Made by a program: the position numbers and the translations under genes. This document shows positions 25,915-37,039 of a DNA stretch of 64,000 nt, piece by piece (the stretch's first letter is position 1; the number at the start of each line of letters is the position of its first letter). The notes below the pieces were generated by a model. It worked only from the letters and a program-made list of their open reading frames with translations, was not told the DNA's origin and did not search any database. Source of the DNA: Octopus vulgaris (Eukaryota). The DNA lies in NCBI GenBank assembly GCA_951406725.2, contig OX597814.1:109554001-109618000 (forward strand), given 5' to 3'.

Positions 25915-26215
25915 ATGACAATGGAATGGAGAATGGAAACTAGCAGGACACTAATTGTTCTGACTGGACATGTTGCTGCTCTCCAGGAAGGCAAAAGACA
26001 ATCATTGTGGCCAAACTTACTGTGCCCTGGGAGGAAGCAGGTGAAGAATTTGAAATACCAGGACTTTGTTGATGAGGCCCTCATGAAAGGCTGGCAAACA
26101 GTCTCATTCCCCATTGAAGTCGGCTGCAGTGAGTTTCCATCTAGATTAGCACACTTTTTCTAGCAGAAAATAGGTCTGGAACATAAACAACCGAAGAAAG
26201 CCATCAAGGAAACAG
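25915..26215 (+). mobile_element. HERO-like non-LTR retrotransposon RLE fragment
   Basis: LDMLLLS, KLTVPWEEA, KYQDFVDEALMKGWQTVSFPIEVGCSEF (frameshifted). Confidence 0.7.
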
Positions 26216-26219
26216 GCAC

Positions 26220-26415
26220 AAGTCAGTAGCTTGCAGATTTTTCTGTCAATTTTCATTATTTCACTGGTATTCCAGTTAAGCACATTGAAGCTATAAAGAA
26301 CAACTGGGACTGCTAAGGAATTTATAGCTAACACCTTATTATATGCATTCAACTCAGACTTCAGGACTGCTCGAACTCTTCTATAACATTCATTCCTAAC
26401 CTTCTCTTTCATGCT
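26220..26415 (-). mobile_element. R4/Dong-like LINE fragment (post-RT)
   Basis: KEKVRNECYRRVRAVLKSELNAYNKVLAINSLAVPVVLYSFNVLNW...IDRKICKLLT. Confidence 0.8.
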
Positions 26416-26437
26416 TGCATGCTGGATACCAGAGCCT

Positions 26438-26541
26438 TCATTATTATTATTATTATTATTATTACTCTTCTTCTTCTTCTTCTTCTTCTTCTTCTTCTTC
26501 TTCTTCTTCTTCTTCTTCTTCTTCTTCTTCTTCTTCTTCTT

Positions 26542-26572
<31 letters not shown>

Positions 26573-26595
26573 TCATCATCATCATCATCATCATT
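26438..26595. repeat. compound (ATT)n(CTT)n(ATC)n microsatellite just upstream of TMEM121-like exon 1
   Basis: Directly visible in the sequence. Confidence 0.95.
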
Positions 26596-26817
26596 CCACT
26601 GAGGTTGGCTTTTCTTTTCATCCTTTTGGGGTTTGATAAAATAAATACCATTAGCACACTGGTGTTAGCAATTTTTCTCCTCCCCTGATTTTGCAGGCCT
26701 TTTACCAAAATTTGAAACCAATATGTTAATTCAATTGCTTAATTACACTTCGATTTAATATCATTTGTTTTCAGTTTGTATTTCCTTGCTTGAAAATCCA
26801 ACACCAATTCTCCAAAA

Positions 26818-26983
26818 ATGGGTTTTTGTGAGAAACTCTTCATCATACCATTGCGTATTGTGTGCGTCATTTTGCTGATCATTCAAATGGGATTTCTAGA
26901 TGTTTATTTGTCTACATACATCAACAAACTATGGTTGATGTGGATTATCGCTGACGTTGTTACGGTGGTGCTATTTATTACAG
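26818..26983 (+). CDS. TMEM121/CECR6-family multi-pass membrane protein, coding exon 1
   Basis: ATG at 26818, downstream of acceptor ttgttttcag (exon starts 26775). Translates MGFCEKLFIIPLRIVCVILLIIQMGFLDVYL...WIIADVVTVVLFIT with two hydrophobic helices. Donor CAG|GTTTGT after 26983 (phase 1) matches the phase of exon 2. Confidence 0.88.
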
Positions 26984-27166
26984 GTTTGTATTCTTCTCGT
27001 TGCTTTAAATAAACTATATTTCTTTTCACTGAAATTGCTGCATATCTTTTTAATCTTGCTTCATGTATGTAACACCATCCTCCCCCTCTTCCTCCTCCTC
27101 TTTCCCCGCCTCCTCCTCTTCCACTTCTTTCTCCTCTCGTCGTCGTCGTCTTCGTCGTTGTCGGCG

Positions 27167-27199
<33 letters not shown>

Positions 27200-27413
27200 C
27201 CATCCACCACCTCATACTCATCCTCCTCCCCTCTTCCTCCCCTCCCCTCTCCCCTCTCCCCCTTCTCCTCCCCTCCCCTCCTCCCCTCTCCCCCTTCTCC
27301 TCCCCTCCCCTCCTCCCCTCTCCCCCTCCTCCTCCTAGTTTATACTGTAAAATGATAAGACACTTAAATCTTTATATGACTTTTACAGCTTCATAAATAT
27401 CTATGTATATATA

Positions 27414-27574
27414 CCGTATTTTAACATGTATCAGGAACCCTCTAATTTTTAGGGTTTAAAATTTGGAAAAAGGTTTTGTAAAGGATTATAACATTATCCA
27501 TGTATAAGAAATTCCCATATTTTTTAACCTAATTTTTGACAAAAAATGGGTTCCTAATACACATTAAAATATGG
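27414..27574. mobile_element. pogo/Tigger-type MITE in the TMEM121-like intron
   Basis: ta-CCGTATTTTAACATGTAT...GGAACCC and GGGTTCC...ATACACATTAAAATATGG form imperfect TIRs. Confidence 0.6.
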
Positions 27575-28162
27575 TGTACACACACACATTCTTGGTTAAC
27601 AAGAACACAGTCTGCTAACATTGACTTTAACTATGCCTTATAAATATATCATAAGATCAGCAGAAAGTTTCTCCAGAACTTTCTTTTTGTATTTCAAATA
27701 ATTTACTCTCATAGAAAACCAAAAGCAATATTAAATGGTTCCATAAGGTGGCACGTTGGCTGAATTGTGTACACTGAGCAAAATACTTTGTGGCATTTTG
27801 CCCATCTTTACATTCTGAGTTCAAATTCTGCTGAAGTTGGCTTTGTCTTTTATCTTTTGCAGTCAAGAAAATAAGTACCCGTTAAGCCCAGGGGTTGAAG
27901 TAATTGTCTTGATCCTTTCCCCAAAACTGCTGGCCTTGTGAAGCCAAAAATTTGAAACTAATGTTAAAAGGTTCCATAAATTATACCGACTTTATTGCAA
28001 TGTTGCTAGTTCTGTCTTCAGCCAACATTCATTAGTCTCATCACAAATAAACTACTTTATCTCTTGTATTAATAAGTGTTTCTATTAATCCTTCATTTAA
28101 AATTTATTGTTTATAAAACAGATTTCACTTTAGTTCTAAATGTGTTATCTTTTATTTTTCAG

Positions 28163-28896
28163 TGTTGGTTTTTTCATACATTTACAGTCACAGAGAAAAC
28201 ATTGAACCACAAAACTTCCAAGTAATTTCAAAAGTAGAAAAGCTCCCTCTTATTTGTATTGCTTGGGGAGTTTATTCCATTGTACTTTTTCTAAAAGTTT
28301 TGTTTTGCTTTGAGAACTTTGCTGTCACATTAAGCAAAAAGGATAATTTGGGTCCAAATATCCTAAAATTAACGCTTGCACTTTCTGCCCCGCTCTTTCT
28401 AATTTATTTGCTGTGTCAGGTCAGCACCTCTCCAGACAATGAGAATAGGAGATATATTGACAGAATAACATCAGGTGTTACCATTGACATTTTTGACACA
28501 GTTGACTTTTTGGACATCCTTTTTGTTCACCAGTCCAAAGTACTTCTGTCATTTGCAATGACAAAAACGATCTTAGGTTTTTCTTTGATTAATATATTTA
28601 TGCCTTTAATTCCTCTGTTTCTTGTTAGTCACTCGCATTATGGTAAAATCAAATTAAGAGACAATTTTATGAACCTGTACCGCATTTTAATGATAGTGAT
28701 AATCAATGTTCCATATTTGGTTATTCGTTTACGCTTAATCCATATCTATGGGCACAATATGTCTATATTCCTGATTAAGAATTTCCTTTCAATCTTTATT
28801 GCTTTTATTAATATCTATGAGAGAAAACAACAGCAAAAATTTGAAGAAATTCCCACCAGAGCTGCCGAAGGAAGTACCACTCAGGATAAGGTATAA
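28163..28896 (+). CDS. TMEM121/CECR6-family multi-pass membrane protein, coding exon 2 (terminal); spliced CDS 900 nt = 299 aa
   Basis: Polypyrimidine acceptor tcttttatttttcag ends at 28162; G+TG restores the frame. Motifs LPLICIAWGVYS, LGPNILKLTL, VTIDIFDTVDFLDILF, INVPYLVIRL, SIFLIKN recall the TMEM121/CECR6 family (assignment from memory). Stop TAA at 28894-28896. Confidence 0.88.
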
Positions 28897-28958
28897 TTTA
28901 AAATGATAGAGAAAACACAAGTGCCAAGCTCTGATACAAGATTTGTGTTCTCCTCTGC

Positions 28959-28964
28959 AATAAA
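28959..28964 (+). terminator. candidate polyadenylation signal AATAAA of the TMEM121-like gene
   Basis: AATAAA about 60 nt after the stop codon, followed by T-rich sequence and then a SINE. Confidence 0.5.
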
Positions 28965-31546
28965 TATTCTTTTATTCAATTATTCTTTTACTTGGTCCAG
29001 TCATTTGGCTGTGGCCATGCTGGATCACCGCCTTTAGTTGAGCATAAACACATCAGGGTCAGTTGTCAAGCGATATTGGGAGGGACAAACACAGACACAC
29101 AAACATATACAGAAACACATACATACATACATACATACATACATACATACATACATAAATACATACATACACACATACACACACACACACACATACATAC
29201 ATATATATATATGTATATATATACACATATATGACGGGCTAATAAGTGTTTTATAATAAGCCTGAGGCTATAGTAGAAGACACTTGCCCGAGTTGCTACG
29301 CCGTGGGACTGAACCCAGGACCATGTGGTTGGTAAGCAAACTACTTACCACACAGCCACCTTTTTAATCTTCTAAACACACTGATTATAGTTTATCAACA
29401 AGAAATTCACACACGAATGTTTTGAAGTTGCAAAGTTCTCTAACTGCATGCAAAATGTTTATTCCAGAATCATGTCTTCAATATTCATAGAAAAAGAATC
29501 TCATTCCAAGCAAGATTAATGGACAATCTATTGATTGTAGTTTGCAAATTATGGCACAGAGTGGTAATTTTTATAGAAATTTCTTTTCTTTGAATTTTAC
29601 TCAATTATAAATAAAGAAAAAATTTTTTTTTCTTTTCGAAATATAAAACTGAAGAATATGCTTTAACCCTTTTAATTGTCCCTAGTTCTGTAACAGATTT
29701 CCTATTTCAAAGTAGCGAAGGCGGATGTATTGTTTTCAGTTTTGTTTGTTTGTTTCTGCACGAACAAGATATCTCAAGAACCACTGGATCGATTCAGATG
29801 AAACTTTCAGGAATGTTTGGCCTCATGACTGGCACAAACTGATTAGATTTTGGGATTGATCTGGTACCAGACAAGGATTCTGGATTATTTTACCTGTTTT
29901 TTTACTTTATTTTTGAGAGCGGTCGGGTTCCTTTTTAGTATTTTCGTTTATGAGAGCAGTCGAGTTTATTTCAGATATTCTCATTCTAAAAATCACATCT
30001 GACTAATTGTTGAGAGGACATTGGTGTTGCCTTGGCAGATATTTGCGCTCTCTGAGTGCCTTTATTATTATTATTATTATTATTATTATGATTCGATGAC
30101 TGGCATCCATGCTAGCGGGGTGCAAAGAGCACCATACGAGTGTGATCGTTGACAGAGCGGCTAACCGGTTTCCATGCCAGTGGCACATAAAAGGCACCAT
30201 TCGAGTGTGATCATTACCAGCGTCGCCTTACTGGCACTTGTACCCGTGCTAGTAGAGTGCCAAGAGCACCATCTAAGCGTAATCATTGCCAGAGGGCACC
30301 ATTCGTGCGTGATCGTTACCAGCATCACCTTACTGGCACCTGCGCTAGTGGTATGTGTAAAAAGATTCGAGCAAGGTCATTGCCAGTACCACCTGGCTGG
30401 CCCCCATGCCGGTGGCTCGTAAAAAGCACCCACTACACTCTCGGAGTGGTTGGCGTTAGGAAGGGCATCCAGCTGTAGAAATTCTGCCAGATCAAGATTG
30501 GAGCCTGGTGCAGCCATCTGGCTCGCCAGCTCTCAGTCAAAATTGTCCAACCCATAGAAAGTGGACATTAAACAATGATGAGGATGATGATGATGATGAT
30601 GATCGTCGTTGTTGCTGCTGCTGCTGCTAATATTGCTGCCACCGCCACCATCTGGTTGATAATGTTTACAGTACTAGTGCTGCTTTAAATTCATATCTGA
30701 ATTGATTCTTACGTAAGCATCAGTGAGTCATACCAGTAAGCGGTTTTTACACTATTTGCATATAGTCATTGACTAGAGATTCAGTTAGCTTCCAGTTCAG
30801 TTCAGGCATGTGATGTAGACAAGCCACTAAAATGATGAAACACTGATGTCCATCACTCCTGAATGGGATTGGAGGTGACTTATCTTGCCTCTATGATTTT
30901 CAGGTGTTTTAACACCCAGCGCTTTGAATGAGTCATCTCCACTGTACTAAACTGCATCATACTGGCAAACAAGCAGGACGTATGCATTGATCATGTGCAG
31001 TCAGACTGCCAAATTCTACACAGTTTTTTTTGTCTGCTCTCCATTTTTTCCCTTTTATTCCTTTCTGTTGATGAGCATAGGCTCAAAGCATAAAAGACTT
31101 TTCCATTCTCCCTGAGCGTTAAACTAATACATCTGTTTCTTGTTCCTATACCTGTCTTCATCTTCTATATTTTTTTTGTAAATTTGGATTATTTATATAT
31201 ATATATATATATATGTACATATATATGTTTATTTACCCCACCCACAAAAATGAGCACTTACATCCCCTTAGATTTTTCTACTTGTTGATTCATTCACAAA
31301 CTTCCATACTAGACCATGGACTAAAATCTTCTTAAGAAAATATGAAATTACAATAATTTCAATGTCATGATTATCAAAATTGAAACCGGTCGACAAACAC
31401 AATACTCTTCCATTTAAAATATATTAAAACTTTGTAAACTATGTGCATTTTCCTTCTTTTTATTTTATAAAGGTATATATTTTGCATTAAAACCCACCAC
31501 ATGAGGATAATTGAAATTCTCCGCCTAATCTTATTGTGTATGTGTA

Positions 31547-31581
<35 letters not shown>

Positions 31582-31879
31582 TTTATATTCATTTAAAGAA
31601 GAAGAAAATGGGGATTCTGAAGTTAATAATTGTTTATTATTAACAGTAAATTGGTTGTAGTAAAGAATGTTTGCCAACTTAACATGGCAGTCCTGGTTTA
31701 GGACTAATGTTGCTGTAGTTTAGCCCCAGGAGACATTGTCTCCAGCTGGCTATATGACTCAATCTATGTCCTTATAAAAAAAATTAAAGGACACATGCAG
31801 GAAATAAATAGACACCTTTAATTTTCAAAATCTTTTATTTAAAACACAAAGCGAACAATTGAAATGTAATCGATAGGTA

Positions 31880-32410
31880 GGACTACATACTTTAGTATTT
31901 AGTTGACATCCCCTTTACAGTTTTTAATTCAGAAACTCTTTTTGGCATTGAACTGATGAGCTTTGTGATTGTCTCTTGTGGAATTTCTGCCCACTTTTCA
32001 TGCAACAATTGAAACAATTCATCTTTAGATTTAGGTTTCTGTCGAGTTTTTCATATAGCTCTAACTAGTTTCACCAAAGATTTTCAATTGGGTTCATGTC
32101 AGGAGATTGGCTCGGCCAAGGAAGCTTTTTGATTCCATTTTTAGTCAACCATTGTTGATTCCTTCTCACTGTGTGGCATGGAGCCCCATCTTCCATGAAT
32201 AAAAACTAATTTTTCATTATGTTATTGTGTGAATACATTGGAAGTAGTCCTTGCTTAAGTATTTTGGTGTATTTTTCAGAGTTTATAGTTCCAACACATT
32301 CAATCAGCTCAGAACGACCATTGCTAGTGATAGCTCCCTATAACATTACAGAGATAACGCCATGTTTCAGAGTTGGTTGGAGTTGTTTCAAATCAAATTC
32401 TTGATTGGGA
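31880..32410 (-). mobile_element. Tc1 (DD34E) transposase C-terminal fragment
   Basis: FMEDGAPCH...WPSQSPDMNPIENLW, with 34 residues between the catalytic D and E. Confidence 0.85.
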
Positions 32411-32779
32411 AGCCTCCAGACCCAAACACGTCCATTGCCTGAAAATAATGCAAATCTGGATTCATCTGAGAAAACCACTAATGAAACAAGCGAACACACT
32501 CACAACATTACCACAGACAATAGCTGGGCCAAGGCACTGGAACAGACAAAATACCTATTTCTTTACTACCCACAAGGGGCTAAACACAGAGGGGACAAAC
32601 AAGGACAGACAAACAGATTAAGTCAATTACATCAACCCCAGTGCATAACTGGTACTTATTTAATCGACCCTGAAAGGATGAAAGGCAAAGTCGACCTTGG
32701 CGGAATTTGAACTCAGAACGTAACAGCAGACAAAATGTTGCTTAGCATTTTACCTGGCATGCTAACATTTCTGCCAGCT

Positions 32780-33575
32780 CATCGCAGAATACCATCATGG
32801 ATATCACTTGACACCTCAATAAGGTGAGCTGCCAATGATAACGAGAACTTTGCTGTTAACGCCACAGGCTGGAAGGGATAGTTCACTGACAGGTCCTGGT
32901 ACTTAAGAATTTTATTCCGTTTGGCTATGGAAGCAGTGATTCTCCCATTTACTGCAGCATCCAGGATGTGGGATGGAGCAAAGGAGTCACAAACTGTGGC
33001 ATCCCAGATGAAGCACCTACCTGTTATCCAGAGACAGACGGTAAGACCATCTAGTCTCTTCCCATCACTTCTGGATAATCCCACTGGCTCTAAAACTGAG
33101 GGGATATTAACCTGAGCCAAGACCTACTTAGTAATGAAGTTTAGCTCAGTGTGACGACTGAAACAACCAACATTTAGACAGCAAGACAAGCCATGAAGGC
33201 CTGTGGAGTTGAGAGGCCTACCACAGCTATATCTTACCCCTCCCCAGATGTTGGTTCCCACTCTGAGTGCAATGGAGATGTGGAGCTCATCCAGACTCAA
33301 CAGACCACAAATGTTGGCCACAGGCAGGACATTAATCCAGTTCCCTGAGAATATCCCACTTGTAGAAAGTAGGCAACACCTTGAAAATTGATCTGATTGA
33401 TCAAAGAGAGAGAGTTGAAAGTAGCACCTGAGCATAGATTGTCTCACACTCTCTGCTTCCATCTTTCCTTAGCTGTATCAAGAACTGACAATCCCAGCTC
33501 TCTCCACTATAACAGAGCTTCATCCATCTCCCTGTTGGAACTAGTCCATGCTGAAAAGGAGAGGATTCGATCCCA
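32780..33575 (-). mobile_element. CRE-like non-LTR retrotransposon 3' fragment (zinc knuckle + RLE); second fragment ~35740-35990
   Basis: SGNWINVLP...LHISIALRVG...SCG...GLHGLSC...RHTELN and LEPVGLSRSDGKRLDGLT..W..GR...WDAT...KILKYQDL...FQPVA. The second locus reads FVPATIETS...AILRDNA. Confidence 0.8.
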
Positions 33576-34280
33576 GTACTCCATCGTCATCACTTAACGT
33601 CCGCTTTCCATGTTAGCAAGGGTTGGACGATTTGACTGAGGTCTGGCGAACCAGACTCCAATCTGATCTGGCAGTGTTTCTACAGCTGGATGCCCTTCCT
33701 AACGCCAACCACTCTGAGAGTGTAGTGAGTACTTTTATGTGCCACCGGCCATGCCCAAATGGTGCTTTTTATGTGCCACCTGTACAGGAGCCAGTCCAGT
33801 GGCACTAGCGACGACCTTGCTCGAATGTTTCATGTGCCACCAGCACAAGTGCTTGTAAGGCAACGCAGTAACGATCACGCTCAAATGGTGTGTTTAACGT
33901 GCCATCGGCACAAAGGCCAGCTTGTTGCTCTGGCAACGATCTCACTCGTATAGACTTAGCGCTCCACTAGCAACAGATGCCAGTCACCGAGTTTATTCTA
34001 TAGGTCACTTTTGTCAAGCAGCTAAGTTAAAGGAATGTAACAAAACCAACACCTATTGTCAAGTGGTGACGGGGACAAACATAATCTCTCTCTCTCTCTC
34101 TCACAAACACACACACACCTGACGGATTTCCACACAGTTTCTGTCAAACAAATTCCCTCATAAGGCATTGGGCAATCCCAGGTTATGGTAGAAGATACTT
34201 AACCAAGGTGCCACGGAGTGGGACTGAACTCGAAAGCCAGTGGGTGCAAAACAAGCTTCTTAACTAGAAGCGAAAATATT

Positions 34281-34661
34281 CTTTTCTACTTTAGGCACAA
34301 GGCCCGAAATTTTGGTGGAGGGGGCCAGTCGTTTAGATAGACCCCAGTGCGCAACTGGTACTTAATTTATCGACTCCGAAAGAATGAAAGGCAAAGTTGA
34401 TCTCGGCGGAATTTGAACTCAGAACGTAAAGACGAAATACCTATTTCTTTACTACCCACAAGGGGATAAACACAGAGAGGACAAACGGATTAAGTCGATT
34501 ATATCGATCCCAGTGCGTAACTGGTACTTATTTAATCGAACCCGAAAGGATGAAAGGCAAAGTCGACCTCTGAGGAATTTGAACTCAGAACGTAACGGCA
34601 GACGAAATACCGCTAGGCATTTCGCCCGGCGTGCTCACGTTCCTGCCAGCTCGCCGCCTTC
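34281..34661 (-). mobile_element. SINE family A dimer with 15-bp TSD AGAAGCGAAAATATT
   Basis: Identical TSD at 34266-34280 and 34662-34676; CpGs intact. Confidence 0.85.
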
Positions 34662-34724
34662 AGAAGCGAAAATATTGTAATTCGGAAATAACGGTGAGTA
34701 AAAGTTATCTCCCATCAAAACGCC

Positions 34725-34737
34725 GTTGCCTAGCAAC
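34725..34737. promoter_or_regulatory. RFX X-box GTTGCCTAGCAAC in a putative promoter
   Basis: Near-perfect palindrome cGTTGCCTAGCAACg. CpGs are locally preserved. Donor AAG|GTAAAA at 34771/2 lies about 35 nt downstream. Confidence 0.72.
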
Positions 34738-35102
34738 GTAGTTTGAAGAGTGACTTGTTATGATCCTGAAGGTAAAATATTCTTTTGGTCTTCATAGGAA
34801 TGTCATATCAAGGTATACGGAACACTTCAATATTCTTAACAAATCTCGTATCGTATCCTAACAACTTGGTAGAACCCAAGTTTAGTGTTCTATACAAACA
34901 CCATATGCCCGTCTCGAACCCTCGACACACGAGTTTGTTGTCCAATATTTGACCCTTCTGTCCAGTTTACCTGCGCTTGTGTTAGATGGCAGATTACAAA
35001 ACGGAAGAGGAAATCTGGAACAGCAATCGACGAAAGTAACGTATCCTTTAATTACATTTATCCTTTAAGTATGTCTATCCTTTAATTACATATATCCTTT
35101 AA

Positions 35103-35473
35103 CTAGCAGTATCGCCCGGCGTTACTCGGGTTTGTTTCGACCCTTTAGAATTGGAATTTTTGAAAAGTAAAAATTTTGCTTTATGTAGCTTGTTATTCTC
35201 TTTAAGTGAACATTTTTCTGGTTGAAATACACCGAACAATGGCGACACAGCAGTCAAAAATCGTAAAAAATAGGGATTTTCATAGAAAAAAAAGCATCTT
35301 TTTGGTGTAAATAATTTTTGGTGTTAATATGGTCCGATTTGAATTTTTCTTCTACGGAAGGAAGAGCAAGCCTTCTTCTATCATACTCTCAATTTTGGTC
35401 TCGGAGGAGATAGTGTTAGTTGAAGGCTACCAAACCTGCCATACACAGACAACTTCAGCTTCATATATAGAGA
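35103..35473 (-). mobile_element. non-autonomous Helitron, copy 1
   Basis: The minus strand reads TC...hairpin (cccgagtaacgccggg)...CTAG followed by T. Closely similar to copies 2 and 3. Confidence 0.78.
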
Positions 35474-36422
35474 GGTTACGTTCTATGAAACAAAGGTAAA
35501 ATAAGGAAAATAATAATAATAATCTGATTTTTGATGATTTTTTAAACGAATGTGACCATCAAAACAGTTGAAAAGTCACTCGGTCTTCACCTAAAATTCC
35601 ACCTCCTTTCAAAATCGTAATTTCCGTTCTATGAAACAAAGGAATACTCAAAATTAAAATTAGGAAAATAGTAATAAAAGAATAATAATAATAACCATCG
35701 GATTCCGTGTCCGTTTTAAGCAGCAGAAGATAGTGGTGGTGGAGAGTAAGGGGTTGTATACCTTAGAACAAATGCCGTGCCTCGTGGACAAAACTGTAAA
35801 GGCGTTGTCGCGGAGAATGGCCATCGCCATCGCACGGTACTCAGTTCTCAAACGGGCCACAGCTATCCCGATTTTGTGGCGGAAATCAGCAGTGAAGGGG
35901 CTAAGAATGTTTGAGGTCTCGATGGTGGCCGGCACAAATTGAAATTTATTCATGAGGTTCCATGTACAGATATTTCGTTATAGCATTTGGTTTACACGGT
36001 TCTTGATGTGAAAACGTGTGTTGAAACAAATTTAGTTTTATCTCAAGAGCGTCATTATGCCAATAAGAAACACACTTATTATTTATTAGTCAATGAACTA
36101 ATTAATCATTTATTTAACCAATAAAATAATCAATTGTTTGATTAATTGTTTTCAGTCCAATCAACCATTCAATTAGCTAGGTTGATTAAAGTCCTGTCGT
36201 CACCAGGGCGTGTCATTGATGAAGTTGAGAGTGGCGACGAAAGGACTTTGATAAATAAACAAAGCTAATTGATTGATTGACTGAACTATTCATCGAACAG
36301 GAACCTCGAGGGACAATATCAGAAGGTATCATAAGAAATATAAAAGAAATGGGAATTTTAGCAAAACCTGGGTTAGAAGAAGAAGAAGAAGAAGAAGAAG
36401 AAGAAGAAGAAGGATGATGATG

Positions 36423-36454
<32 letters not shown>

Positions 36455-37039
36455 GCCGTCACCGCCCTGATGCAGTATCAGCCAGTGGCTTTAATGTCTT
36501 CTGATCTTAACTGATTGGAAGTATTATCATGTACATTATTTTGTCTTAGTATAAAAGATGGGCCACAGCAAATATTCTGCTCAATACCACAGACTTGCTT
36601 GTCAGTTGTTTAACCTTAACCAGTTGAGCATGTCCTTTAGTGGCTGAGCATCATAGCCATGTGTTGAGAGGGATTCTTTGGTGTTTGGATAATTCACCTC
36701 TGGAAACATGGGTGTTTCGTTCAACATCTTTAAACAACCCTTATTCAGGGACCTTTTCAGTGAGATGGGTTACTTGACCAGAAGAAAATTCTAAATGGGG
36801 CCCCACCTGCAAGGTCATGTGCTGTATATCTTGATATGAGATCACCATGTCTTGCATATATGGTTGTGATGCATGTGCTTGGTGTACCCTTATCAGACGG
36901 CTAGTCATGATGGTTATACAGACCATCCAAAACGGGCGATCTGCGACTTGTGCAATCGCTCGGCACATCCTGTATTTTAGAGGCTGTAATCAGCTTTTCA
37001 CAGAATCTTGCACCCGTCACTGAGAGCCATGGTAGGCCG

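Noticed and set aside
26409-27355. Poly-R/S/L/P ORFs around TMEM121-like exon 1
   Set aside because: Trinucleotide and pyrimidine-rich simple repeats in flanking and intronic DNA.
32779-33462. Possible Fanzor/TnpB or other RNA-guided nuclease (zinc finger plus nuclease motifs)
   Set aside because: The motifs match the zinc knuckle and PD-(D/E)xK endonuclease of CRE-like retrotransposons; no RuvC motifs seen, and the ORF is broken.
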